A stretch of DNA of 32,000 bases from positions 90,001 through 122,000 of the forward strand of contig JAWLBH010000001.1 of NCBI GenBank assembly GCA_041395025.1, read 5' to 3'. The translations under genes and the position numbers were made by a program. Shown piece after piece: positions 15,896 through 24,847 of the stretch. The DNA is from Chlamydiales bacterium. Lineage in GTDB: Bacteria; Chlamydiota; Chlamydiia; Chlamydiales; JAAKFR01. How positions within the stretch are numbered: position 1 is the stretch's first letter; every line of letters begins with the position of its first letter. Below the pieces are notes generated by a model. That model had not been told where the DNA came from, did no database searches, and saw only the letters and a list, made by a program, of their open reading frames with translations.

Positions 15896-16393
15896 ATGGG
15901 AAAAAAAACTAAAAAAATATGGTTTAAACATCTTTATTATGGAATCATTCAAGCAGAAAATTTTCTTGGTCATTTGTTATTGTTTATTATCCGCTTCTAC
16001 TGGGGCGGTTTACTAACATTAATGGGATTTGGAAAATTCACAAATCCTGTGATATTTGCAGATTTTCTTAGTTTATTTTCTATTCCAGCTCCTCTATTTA
16101 TTGCTTATCTTATTGCAAGTTTCGAGATCATTGGAGGAATTTCTTTATTTATTGGTTGCTTTAGTCGAATTTCTGCTATTTTTATGATCTTTCTCTTTAT
16201 TGGAATATATCTTGTTGCCTATCAAGAGGCCCTAATGACAATCTTTTCTAATCCAAGCCTTTTTATTCACGAAGAACCATTCCTTTATCTTTATTCTACA
16301 CTAATTATATGCTGTTTTGGCCCTGGCTTTATTTCGATCGATTATTGGATCGAAAAAAAGCCAGGAAAGATAAAATCAATCAATCAATCCTAA
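15896..16393 (+). CDS. DoxX-family membrane protein
   Basis: 165 aa with 4 TM segments. The N-terminal pattern LLLFIIRFYWGGLLTLMGFGKF resembles the DoxX signature. Confidence 0.55.
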   Translation: MGKKTKKIWFKHLYYGIIQAENFLGHLLLFIIRFYWGGLLTLMGFGKFTNPVIFADFLSLFSIPAPLFIAYLIASFEIIGGISLFIGCFSRISAIFMIFLFIGIYLVAYQEALMTIFSNPSLFIHEEPFLYLYSTLIICCFGPGFISIDYWIEKKPGKIKSINQS

Positions 16394-16422
16394 GTCTTTT
16401 AAATTTTAATTATTGAATATCT

Positions 16423-17049
16423 TCAGAAATTCACTTCTCCATTTCTTTGTCCGTTCAATTTTTGCTGTTCTGGATTTACTAAATTGAATGACTCAATAAA
16501 ATGCATGCAATCATTCTTTACATCAATAGTGTTTTTATAAACAGTAAATACTTGATAAAGAGTATTGTGCACTAAAATTAGCATGCCTTGAAAATACACG
16601 TCTTCATTTTCTACTAAAAACTCAAGTGATTTATACCCCTGCAGTTCTGACATTTTTATATTAAGTATTTCAGAGCCAGGAAGAGCTGAGAGCATTCCAG
16701 TAAACCCATCTTGCAAATTCACTTCAGGCTTTGACATATCGACTTGAACCGGATAGTGCCAAACAGAAATGACATAAACAATATTTTCGTTTGGCTCACT
16801 TAGATAAGTATCATAGCTAATTTTCAAATCAGTATTTGGAACATCGATTGTTTGTTCAACATGTTCAGGTTTTTTCGGTAAATTAACCGAAAAACCATCT
16901 TTTTTTGAATCAAACTTTACCCACTCTTCCTTTAAAGATTCATTTTTGAGATCATTAATTGGAATTAGATGAGCTCCTTGAAGAGGAGATGAAAAAAATA
17001 ATCCAAGCACAAATATAGCTAATAACAACTTGTTTAAAAAAATACTCAT
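16423..17049 (-). CDS. Secreted/periplasmic hypothetical protein
   Basis: 208 aa with a clear signal peptide (MSIFLNKLLLAIFVLGLFFSSPLQGA). No recognisable family. Confidence 0.5.
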   Translation of the reverse strand: MSIFLNKLLLAIFVLGLFFSSPLQGAHLIPINDLKNESLKEEWVKFDSKKDGFSVNLPKKPEHVEQTIDVPNTDLKISYDTYLSEPNENIVYVISVWHYPVQVDMSKPEVNLQDGFTGMLSALPGSEILNIKMSELQGYKSLEFLVENEDVYFQGMLILVHNTLYQVFTVYKNTIDVKNDCMHFIESFNLVNPEQQKLNGQRNGEVNF

Positions 17050-17144
17050 ATTAATCCTTAGAATATGATTTTTATTATATAAATAATTCTACTTTAAAAA
17101 GTTTTTTAAAAAAATACTTTTATTAAAAATAAAAACTCTTCTCC

Positions 17145-17173
17145 TTGCGATGAATAATATTTTTATATAAAAT
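17145..17173 (+). promoter_or_regulatory. Candidate promoter for the kdsB-pyrG-ruvX operon (TTGCGA-N17-TAAAAT)
   Basis: -35 at 17145-17150 and -10 at 17168-17173. The SD AAGGAAG precedes ATG 17201. Low specificity in AT-rich DNA. Confidence 0.25.
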
Positions 17174-17200
17174 ACTTTCTTCACAAAAAAAAGGAAGTAT

Positions 17201-17953
17201 ATGACTAGTAATCAAGTAGTTGGAATAATTCCTGCACGATGGAATAGTACTCGATTTCCAGGCAAACCTCTGATTGATATTTTAGGAAAATCTTTAATTA
17301 AAAGAACTTATGAAAAGGCGTTAAAAAGTAGTCGACTTAACAGTTTGCTTGTAGCCACTGATGATCATAGAATTTATGACCATGTAAAAGATTTTGGAGG
17401 GAATGTCTGTATGACTTCTATATCTTGTCCTACAGGGACGGATAGAGTAAGCGAAGCTATTAAAATATCTCAGTCTAATCCTTCCATTGTTGTAAGCATT
17501 CAAGGAGATGAGCCTTGTTTCGATCCTACAACTATTGATACTCTTATCGAACAAATGCAAAAAACTGATGATGCTGTGGTAACTACGCCAGTTACGAAAA
17601 TTACTAATCCGCATGACATCTTGAATTCAGGAATAGTGAAATGTGTGTTTGACTACTTAAATCGAGCACTTTATTTTAGTCGAGCACCAATTCCTTTCTC
17701 AGTAAAATCGAGAACAGTCGATAACTATTATCGTCATATTGGGATTTATTGTTTTAGAGGCTCTTTTCTAGAGCACTATGTGAAGATAAAAAATTCTCGT
17801 CTTCAAAACATTGAGGATTTAGAGCAACTAAAAATTCTTGAAATGGGACACCAAATTTATGTTTCAATAGTTAAAGACCAGGGAATTGGAGTTGATACCC
17901 CGAAAGACTTAAAAAGGATTAAAGAAATTTTATGCGCAAATATATCTTTATAA
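17201..17953 (+). CDS. kdsB: 3-deoxy-manno-octulosonate cytidylyltransferase (CMP-KDO synthetase)
   Basis: 250 aa with VGIIPARWNSTRFPGKPL, IQGDEP and the YRHIGIY motifs typical of KdsB. Confidence 0.92.
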   Translation: MTSNQVVGIIPARWNSTRFPGKPLIDILGKSLIKRTYEKALKSSRLNSLLVATDDHRIYDHVKDFGGNVCMTSISCPTGTDRVSEAIKISQSNPSIVVSIQGDEPCFDPTTIDTLIEQMQKTDDAVVTTPVTKITNPHDILNSGIVKCVFDYLNRALYFSRAPIPFSVKSRTVDNYYRHIGIYCFRGSFLEHYVKIKNSRLQNIEDLEQLKILEMGHQIYVSIVKDQGIGVDTPKDLKRIKEILCANISL

Positions 17954-19533
17954 CAGGTGGTGTTGTTTCCTCTTTAGGGAAAGGTTTAACACTGGCTTCA
18001 ATTGCTATGCTTTTAGAGAAAAAAGGTCTTCAAATTGCTATGCTTAAACTAGACCCCTATCTTAATGTTGACCCAGGCACCATGAATCCTTTTGAGCATG
18101 GTGAAGTCTATGTCACAGATGATGGGACGGAAGCTGATCTTGATTTGGGCCACTACTACCGTTATACTAATGCTTTACTTTCACGTGATTCGACTGCAAC
18201 CACCGGGCAGATTTATGACACAGTGATCAAACAAGAAAGACAGGGGGACTATCTTGGTAGAACAGTTCAAGTGATTCCTCATATTACAGAAGAAATCAAA
18301 AAACGTATTAAAAATTGCGGACAAGTCGCTGGTGCTCAAGTTGTACTTATAGAAATTGGAGGCACAGTTGGAGATATTGAATCTCTGCCTTTTCTAGAAG
18401 CAATAAGACAATTTCGGTATGATTATCAAAATGATTGTCTTAATATTCATATGACTTATGTCCCCTATCTTAAAGCAGCTGGAGAAGTAAAAACTAAACC
18501 AACTCAACATTCAGTTCAAACACTCCGTGGTATTGGAATTTTACCGGATCTTATTCTCTGTCGTTGTGAAAATCCACTTTCATCCGAAATTAAAGAAAAA
18601 ATCAGTTTGTTCTGTAATATTCCTTATGGAGCAGTTTTTGACGAAGTAGATGTAAAAAACACTATCTATGAAGTTCCTATTATGCTTCATAAACAAGGAG
18701 TTACAGAAATTATATGTCGGAAGCTAAACTTAGAATCCCCTAAAATCGATCTTTGTGATTGGGAAAAAATTATTAAAAAAGTCAAAAAAACAAAAGAAAC
18801 TCTCACTGTAGGCATCGTTGGTAAATATTTACAGCATCAAGATGCCTATAAATCTCTTTTTGAAGCACTTCATCATGCAGCAATCGCAGTGGAATATAAT
18901 TTAAAAATCCAAACAATTGAAGCAGATAGAATTACTGAATTTGAAGGATGTGATGGTTATCTTGTCCCTGGTGGGTTTGGTCCGAGGGGTTGGGAAGGAA
19001 AAATCTTGGCTGCAAAATACTGTCGAGAGAAAAACATTCCCTTTTTTGGAATTTGTTTTGGTATGCAAGTTCTTGTTGTTGAATTTGCTCGTCATGTTCT
19101 TGGGTTAATTGAAGCAAATTCAGTTGAAATAGACCCCTTGACAAAAGATCCTATTATTTCTCTATTAAATGAACAGAAGACTAAAGACCATTTAGGAGGG
19201 ACGATGCGTTTGGGATCCTACCCATGCTCTCTTAAAGAAGGATCAAAAACCTATCAGGCTTATGGAGAAAAAAAAATCTTCGAAAGACATCGTCATCGTT
19301 ATGAATTTAATAATCAGTATAAAAACCTAGCGGAAAAACATGGTCTACTTGTTTCTGGAATTTTTGAAAAAGAAAATCTTTGCGAAGCTGTTGAAATTCA
19401 AAATCACCCATGGATGATTGGTGTTCAATTTCATCCAGAATTCAAATCTCGACCAACAAAACCTCATCCTTTATTTCTAGATTTTATGAAATCAATGATT
19501 AAGTATCATGAAAAAACGCATAGTAAGCATTGA
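17932..19533 (+). CDS. pyrG: CTP synthase
   Basis: 533 aa with the canonical N-terminus MRKYIFITGGVVSSLGKG and a C-terminal glutamine amidotransferase domain (GICFGMQ, HRHRYEFN, QFHPEF). Confidence 0.97.
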   Translation: MRKYIFITGGVVSSLGKGLTLASIAMLLEKKGLQIAMLKLDPYLNVDPGTMNPFEHGEVYVTDDGTEADLDLGHYYRYTNALLSRDSTATTGQIYDTVIKQERQGDYLGRTVQVIPHITEEIKKRIKNCGQVAGAQVVLIEIGGTVGDIESLPFLEAIRQFRYDYQNDCLNIHMTYVPYLKAAGEVKTKPTQHSVQTLRGIGILPDLILCRCENPLSSEIKEKISLFCNIPYGAVFDEVDVKNTIYEVPIMLHKQGVTEIICRKLNLESPKIDLCDWEKIIKKVKKTKETLTVGIVGKYLQHQDAYKSLFEALHHAAIAVEYNLKIQTIEADRITEFEGCDGYLVPGGFGPRGWEGKILAAKYCREKNIPFFGICFGMQVLVVEFARHVLGLIEANSVEIDPLTKDPIISLLNEQKTKDHLGGTMRLGSYPCSLKEGSKTYQAYGEKKIFERHRHRYEFNNQYKNLAEKHGLLVSGIFEKENLCEAVEIQNHPWMIGVQFHPEFKSRPTKPHPLFLDFMKSMIKYHEKTHSKH

Positions 19534-19921
19534 CTATGGCCTCAAACGCATTGGATTAGCAATTTCAGATGAAAATCAAATTATTGCTATGCCAATTGGC
19601 CTGATTCTCGCGACTAGTGATATTAGAGAAACCATTGATAGGATCTTAGAAAAATTGAAGAGCTATGAAATCGAAAAATTTTTAGTTGGTTACCCCCTTC
19701 ATCTCAATGGTAAAAGTAGCACCTTAACTGATCAAGTGAATCTTTTTATCGTTTTACTTAAAGAAGTAGTTAATTCTCCGGTTACCAGAATAGATGAGCG
19801 CTTATCAACTCTACAGGCAGAGCGTTTGATGAAAGACAGAGGGATGAGTCGGAAAAAAAGAGTCAAAATCATAGATGCCATGTCTGCTGCTGTCTTACTT
19901 CAAAGTCATCTGGGGTATTAG
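19508..19921 (+). CDS. ruvX: Putative pre-16S rRNA nuclease / Holliday-junction-resolvase-like protein YqgF
   Basis: 137 aa with RIVSIDYGLKRIGLAISD at the N-terminus and DERLST...A near the C-terminus, as in the YqgF/RuvX family. Confidence 0.88.
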   Translation: MKKRIVSIDYGLKRIGLAISDENQIIAMPIGLILATSDIRETIDRILEKLKSYEIEKFLVGYPLHLNGKSSTLTDQVNLFIVLLKEVVNSPVTRIDERLSTLQAERLMKDRGMSRKKRVKIIDAMSAAVLLQSHLGY

Positions 19922-20247
19922 TAAGAACAATTTTTTCATTTATATCTATATTGATATATAGCTTTACTCTTTATATAATTGGTTAAGCGATCAAAATCAA
20001 TGACGAGGAAAGTGAATTCTTTCTTTTCTTTCAAAAAGAAAAATAAATAAAAAGATCTGTTTTTAGTATGGATTATTTTTATTAGTTTAAATTTCTTATT
20101 CAATTAGGTTGCTCATATCAAAAAATAAAGAGCTTTTAAGGGTTGAATAAAAAAATATTATATTTAAATGCATTTTTTTTTATATGGTGATGAATAGTAA
20201 ACGAAAAAGATTTTATCACTATCATCATTAGGGATTTCTAGGTAATT

Positions 20248-21849
20248 ATGGCAAAAGATTCTTCAATTATTTCACAAACGAGACCTCTCTTATTTAATCA
20301 AAATAAAGAGTTAATATTTACAAATCCTTTATTATCAGAAACAAAATCTGAAAGGATTATTGATCCCTGTATTATAGTGATTTTTGGTGCAACGGGTGAT
20401 TTAACAGCTCGCAAACTTTTCCCTGCCCTTTATAATCTTAAAAGAGAAGGACAACTTCCTATGCACTTTGCATGTGTAGGTTTTGCTAGAAGAAAAAAGA
20501 GCAACGAAACATTTCGTAAAGAGATGCACGATGCAGTAAGCCAATTCTCACGTGTCAAACCATTGGATGAAGACCTGTGGTCTTCATTTATGAATCAGAT
20601 TTTTTATCTTACATCTAATTTTGACGAAGAGGCTGGATACGAATCATTAAGTCAACTACTTCTGCATCTTGATAAAAAATTAGGAACACAAGGAAATCGT
20701 GTTTTTTATCTCTCTACTCAACCAAGTTTTTTTCCAAAAATCATTAAAAATTTGAGCCTCCATCGCTTAATTTATGATTCTAATAAAGAAAAGGAAAAGT
20801 TCTCTCGCGTCATTATTGAAAAACCATTTGGTCATGACTATAAATCAGGTATTGCACTTCAAGAGTTTATTCTAAACCATTTAGTAGAAGATCAAATCTA
20901 TCGTATTGATCATTATCTTGGAAAAGAAACTGTACAAAATATCCTAGTGTTTCGATTTGCTAATTCTATTTTCGAAGCTCTTTGGAATAATCATTATATT
21001 GATCATGTTCAAATTACCGTCGCTGAAGAAATTGGAATTGGATCGCGTGGAGCATTTTATGAAGAAGCGGGAATTTTAAGAGATATTGTACAAAACCATC
21101 TCATGCAGTTAATTTGTTTAACAGCAATGGAACCTCCTGCTGTTCTCAGTACAGAAGCAATTAGAGATGAAAAAGTAAAAATATTGAAGGCTCTACGTCC
21201 TATTGACATGAATAATTTTAACAACTATGTCGTTCGTGGACAATATGGGTCAGGTTATATCAATGGTATTTGTGCTCCAGGATACCGCGAAGAAAATAAT
21301 GTCAGTCCTAAATCTCATATTGAAACTTATGTGGCTTTGAAACTTTATATCGATAATTGGCGATGGGGAGGAGTGCCTTTTTACCTAAGAGCAGGAAAAA
21401 GATTACCAAAACGTACAACTGAAATTGCTGTGAATTTTAAAAAGGTACCAAGAATTCTTTTCTCACAGGAAGGATCAATAAATACTAATAATGTCTTAAT
21501 TATTCGTATTCAGCCTAATGAAGGAATTGCTCTTAGGATAAATTGCAAAGTGCCTGGACCAAGCAGCCCAATTCAACCAGTAAAAATGGATTTTCGCTAC
21601 GGCTCTTATTTTGGTTTAACCCCTCCTGAAGCATACGAACGCTTGATTTGTGACTGTATGCTAGGAGATGGTACCCTTTTTGCAAGGGGAGATGAAGTCC
21701 TTACGTCATGGAAATGGATCACTCCTATACTTGAAAGATGGAGCGAAAATCCACCGACAGATTTTCCAAATTATCCATCAGGATCTTGGGGGCCAAAAGA
21801 ATCTGATGAGATGATGACACATGATGGTCATAGGTGGAGATTGATCTAA
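20248..21849 (+). CDS. zwf: Glucose-6-phosphate 1-dehydrogenase (with ~40-aa N-terminal extension)
   Basis: 533 aa with FGATGDLTARKL (NADP site), the active-site motif RIDHYLGKE, and EKPFG. Confidence 0.96.
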   Translation: MAKDSSIISQTRPLLFNQNKELIFTNPLLSETKSERIIDPCIIVIFGATGDLTARKLFPALYNLKREGQLPMHFACVGFARRKKSNETFRKEMHDAVSQFSRVKPLDEDLWSSFMNQIFYLTSNFDEEAGYESLSQLLLHLDKKLGTQGNRVFYLSTQPSFFPKIIKNLSLHRLIYDSNKEKEKFSRVIIEKPFGHDYKSGIALQEFILNHLVEDQIYRIDHYLGKETVQNILVFRFANSIFEALWNNHYIDHVQITVAEEIGIGSRGAFYEEAGILRDIVQNHLMQLICLTAMEPPAVLSTEAIRDEKVKILKALRPIDMNNFNNYVVRGQYGSGYINGICAPGYREENNVSPKSHIETYVALKLYIDNWRWGGVPFYLRAGKRLPKRTTEIAVNFKKVPRILFSQEGSINTNNVLIIRIQPNEGIALRINCKVPGPSSPIQPVKMDFRYGSYFGLTPPEAYERLICDCMLGDGTLFARGDEVLTSWKWITPILERWSENPPTDFPNYPSGSWGPKESDEMMTHDGHRWRLI

Positions 21850-21850
21850 T

Positions 21851-22945
21851 ATGGTAGTGAGCAAAAATCCAATTGAGCTTACCGATATCAATCAAGAACT
21901 CAATCAACTTTGGGATAAGGAACAAGGTAAAAATACCACTCGTGCCTCATTATTTACCTTAATTGTCTATGTTTCAAAAAATACAAAATTAAATTCTTCT
22001 GAGACTTTAATTAAATCTGTAATTAGTAAATTTCCTTGTCGTATTATCCTAGTCATAAGAAGTGATGATCAAAAAGAAACCTATCTACGTACAAGCATTG
22101 CTTCAGAAACAGTCAGTCAAGGTGAATTTCAAATTTTTTGTGAAATCATTAAGATTGAAGTTGCTGGGCCTTTAATAGAAAGGGTGGCTTTTATTATTAC
22201 TCCACAGATTCTTCCTGATTTGCCTGTTTATCTTTTATGGAGATACAACCCAGCCATAGAAAATCTCATCCTTCCTGCTCTAGAACGGATTGCTGATCGA
22301 ATTATATTTGATCCTGAATCAACTTATCATCTGCAAAGATATGCTCAAGTAGTCTCATCTTTTTTAAACCAATTTCATTGTAGAATCGGTGATCTCAAAT
22401 GGAGTAAAATTTCAGGTTGGCGACATCTTTTTGTACAAGTTTTTGATCACTCAGATGCTTTAAAAAAGCTTTTAGAAAGTAAAGTTATTCAGATTTTTTA
22501 TAATAAAAAAAAATCTGAATATCAAGAACATACGGAAATCGAAGCCGCCTATTTACAAGCCTGGATAGCCACAAGGCTTAACTGGAAATTTCAAGCAATT
22601 GAAATAAAAAAGAATCAAATTTACCTTACTTATTTTAATCAGGGAAAGATAGTCACAATCATCATGATTCCTGAGTATCTTCCTGTACTTGCTCCTGGAA
22701 TGATTACTAAAATTGAGATAGAATCTGTAAAGAATCAATCTCGTTATATCTTTAAACATCATCCTGAGACTCGCCAAGTTTTTATCGAATATGCTGATCA
22801 AAACTACTGTGATATTCCTATTTGTATGTATCTTCCAGAAGTTTCTGAAGGTCAAGAAATTATTGAAGAAATTTTTCATCCTTCAGTAGATTTTCACTAC
22901 TACGAAATCCTGCAGCTTTTACAATCAATTTCTTGGGAAAGTTAA
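21851..22945 (+). CDS. opcA: OpcA-like glucose-6-phosphate dehydrogenase assembly/effector protein
   Basis: 364 aa, collinear with actinobacterial and cyanobacterial OpcA as I recall them. Ours versus M. tuberculosis OpcA: TRASLFTLIVY vs GRVLTLIV; KFPCRIILVI vs EHPCRVIVV; LPDLPVYLLW vs LPDTPVVAWW; DLKWSKISGWRHLF vs DLAWSRITYWRALL. It is wedged between zwf and pgl with 1-nt gaps. Confidence 0.8.
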   Translation: MVVSKNPIELTDINQELNQLWDKEQGKNTTRASLFTLIVYVSKNTKLNSSETLIKSVISKFPCRIILVIRSDDQKETYLRTSIASETVSQGEFQIFCEIIKIEVAGPLIERVAFIITPQILPDLPVYLLWRYNPAIENLILPALERIADRIIFDPESTYHLQRYAQVVSSFLNQFHCRIGDLKWSKISGWRHLFVQVFDHSDALKKLLESKVIQIFYNKKKSEYQEHTEIEAAYLQAWIATRLNWKFQAIEIKKNQIYLTYFNQGKIVTIIMIPEYLPVLAPGMITKIEIESVKNQSRYIFKHHPETRQVFIEYADQNYCDIPICMYLPEVSEGQEIIEEIFHPSVDFHYYEILQLLQSISWES

Positions 22946-22946
22946 T

Positions 22947-23696
22947 ATGAAAAAAAACATTGTATGCGATGAACGCCGCTTGATTCAGATTCCTGGAAAC
23001 TACGATCAAACCATTCTCTTTGCTGTAGATAAATGGATTGAATATGCAAACGAATCAATTAAAGATCATAATTTTTTCTCTGTTGCGCTATCAGGAGGAA
23101 CAACTCCAAAAGCAATCTTTCAAAAGCTTGTAAACCAAGCTCATCTTATTGACTGGTCAAAAATTTATGTTTTTTGGAGTGATGAACGTAGTGTATTACC
23201 CTGTCATCCTGAAAGCAATTACCGAATGGCAATGGAAGAAAGTGGATTGGAAAAATTACCTATTCCTAAAAATCAAATATATAGAATGGTGGCTGAATCT
23301 GATATTGAAAGAAATGCGACTAATTATGAAAAGATCATTCAAAGAGTACTTGGAACGCATCCATTTGATCTGATTATGCTTGGACTAGGAGATGATGGAC
23401 ATACAGCTTCACTTTTTCCAAATACTCAAGGTTTAATAGCTAAAGACCAACTGATCGTGGCAAATTACATTCCACAAAAAAATACGTGGAGAATGACCAT
23501 GACATATAAATGTATTAATAGCGCACGCCATACTTGTATGTATGTTTTAGGATCAAAAAAAATTAAAATCATAGAGAAAATTTTAACCTCTGACTACAAT
23601 TATAAAAATTATCCAGCACAAAATATCGGAACGAAACTTAACCCTTCCCTATGGATTTTAGATAAAGAGGCAAGTAAAAAAATCTATTTGTATTAA
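22947..23696 (+). CDS. pgl: 6-phosphogluconolactonase
   Basis: 249 aa with ALSGGTTPK, WSDERSV and LGLGDDGHTASLFP, the DevB/Pgl signature. Confidence 0.93.
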   Translation: MKKNIVCDERRLIQIPGNYDQTILFAVDKWIEYANESIKDHNFFSVALSGGTTPKAIFQKLVNQAHLIDWSKIYVFWSDERSVLPCHPESNYRMAMEESGLEKLPIPKNQIYRMVAESDIERNATNYEKIIQRVLGTHPFDLIMLGLGDDGHTASLFPNTQGLIAKDQLIVANYIPQKNTWRMTMTYKCINSARHTCMYVLGSKKIKIIEKILTSDYNYKNYPAQNIGTKLNPSLWILDKEASKKIYLY

Positions 23697-23814
23697 ACAA
23701 AAAGCTAATTTATTAAAAGACACTAAATTTGAATAAAACTCATGATTTTTTAGAAAACAGATTTAGATAAATCAATCGACGAAATTCTCTCTTTCGATCA
23801 TAATTTATTTACAA

Positions 23815-24810
23815 ATGTTAGTACTTGGAATTGAAACAACATGTGATGAGACAGGAATAGCTCTTGTTTCAAAAGGTCATGAGATTTTATCAAATGTAGT
23901 AGCCACTCAGGATGAACTCCATAGTAGCTATGGAGGAGTTGTTCCAGAAATTGCATCAAGACGTCATATTGATGTACTTCTACCTTTGCTTGAAAAAGCC
24001 CTTTTTGATTCTTTTGATGCAATTGATTTGATAGCTGTAGCAAATGGGCCAGGTTTAATTGGCCCACTTTTAATTGGGATTAACTTTGCAAAAGGATTGG
24101 CTTTTTCATCAAACAAGCCCCTTGTAGGAGTGAATCATGTTGAAGCTCATCTCTATTCAGCTCTGATGGGGTTGTCTCCACCACTTCCCTCTCTTGGCGT
24201 AGTCATATCTGGAGGACATACCTTATTAGCATTTATTGAAAAGATAGGTACTTATACTCTTATTGGGCAAACTCAAGATGATGCAATAGGAGAAGCTTTT
24301 GATAAAGTCGCTAAAATTCTCGGTCTCCCTTATCCAGGGGGTGCACATATTGAAAAACTTGCTCTGCAGGGCGACCCACATCGATTTCGTTTTAAAGCTG
24401 GTAAAATCAAAGGACGTCCTTTTGACTTTTCTTTTAGTGGATTAAAAACAGCCCTTCTTTACCTTGCTAAGGGGCAGAATGCAAACCAGAATTCTCCCTT
24501 GCTTCTTTCTGAGAAAGATAGGCAAGATGCAGCTGCAAGTTTTCAATATGTAGCTTTTTCTGATCTTGTAAAAAAAATCTGTTCTAGTGCAAAACTGTAT
24601 TCTTGCAAAAGTATTTTAGTAGGAGGTGGAGTCAGTATCAACCACTGTTTTCGTGATCTTCTTGAACAAAAATCATCGCTCCCCATCTTGTGGCCTTCAC
24701 AAGATCTTTGCCTAGATAATGGAGCAATGATTGCAGGTCTTGGTTACCATGTCTTTCTTAAGCATGGTCAATCAAAAGATATGAAAGCAAATCCTGGCGC
24801 ATCTCTTTAA
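23815..24810 (+). CDS. tsaD: tRNA N6-adenosine threonylcarbamoyltransferase (Gcp/Kae1 family)
   Basis: 331 aa with MLVLGIETTCDETGIALV, GVNHVEAHL and GGGVS.N motifs. Confidence 0.95.
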   Translation: MLVLGIETTCDETGIALVSKGHEILSNVVATQDELHSSYGGVVPEIASRRHIDVLLPLLEKALFDSFDAIDLIAVANGPGLIGPLLIGINFAKGLAFSSNKPLVGVNHVEAHLYSALMGLSPPLPSLGVVISGGHTLLAFIEKIGTYTLIGQTQDDAIGEAFDKVAKILGLPYPGGAHIEKLALQGDPHRFRFKAGKIKGRPFDFSFSGLKTALLYLAKGQNANQNSPLLLSEKDRQDAAASFQYVAFSDLVKKICSSAKLYSCKSILVGGGVSINHCFRDLLEQKSSLPILWPSQDLCLDNGAMIAGLGYHVFLKHGQSKDMKANPGASL

Positions 24811-24847
24811 CTGCTCATCTCGTGTTTTAAGAAAGGAGTTGTATATC

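Noticed and set aside
19922-20247. Unusually long (326-bp) AT-rich spacer between ruvX and zwf, examined for an sRNA, small ORF or structured element
   Set aside because: Only very short ORFs (16 codons or fewer) and weak A/T hairpins are present, and no convincing promoter-terminator pair. I cannot support an RNA gene from sequence alone.
24839-24847. TTG 24839 as the oppA start (as in the ORF track)
   Set aside because: The TTG directly abuts the Shine-Dalgarno AAAGGAG with zero spacing. ATG 24848 has 9-nt spacing and yields a proper lipoprotein signal peptide.
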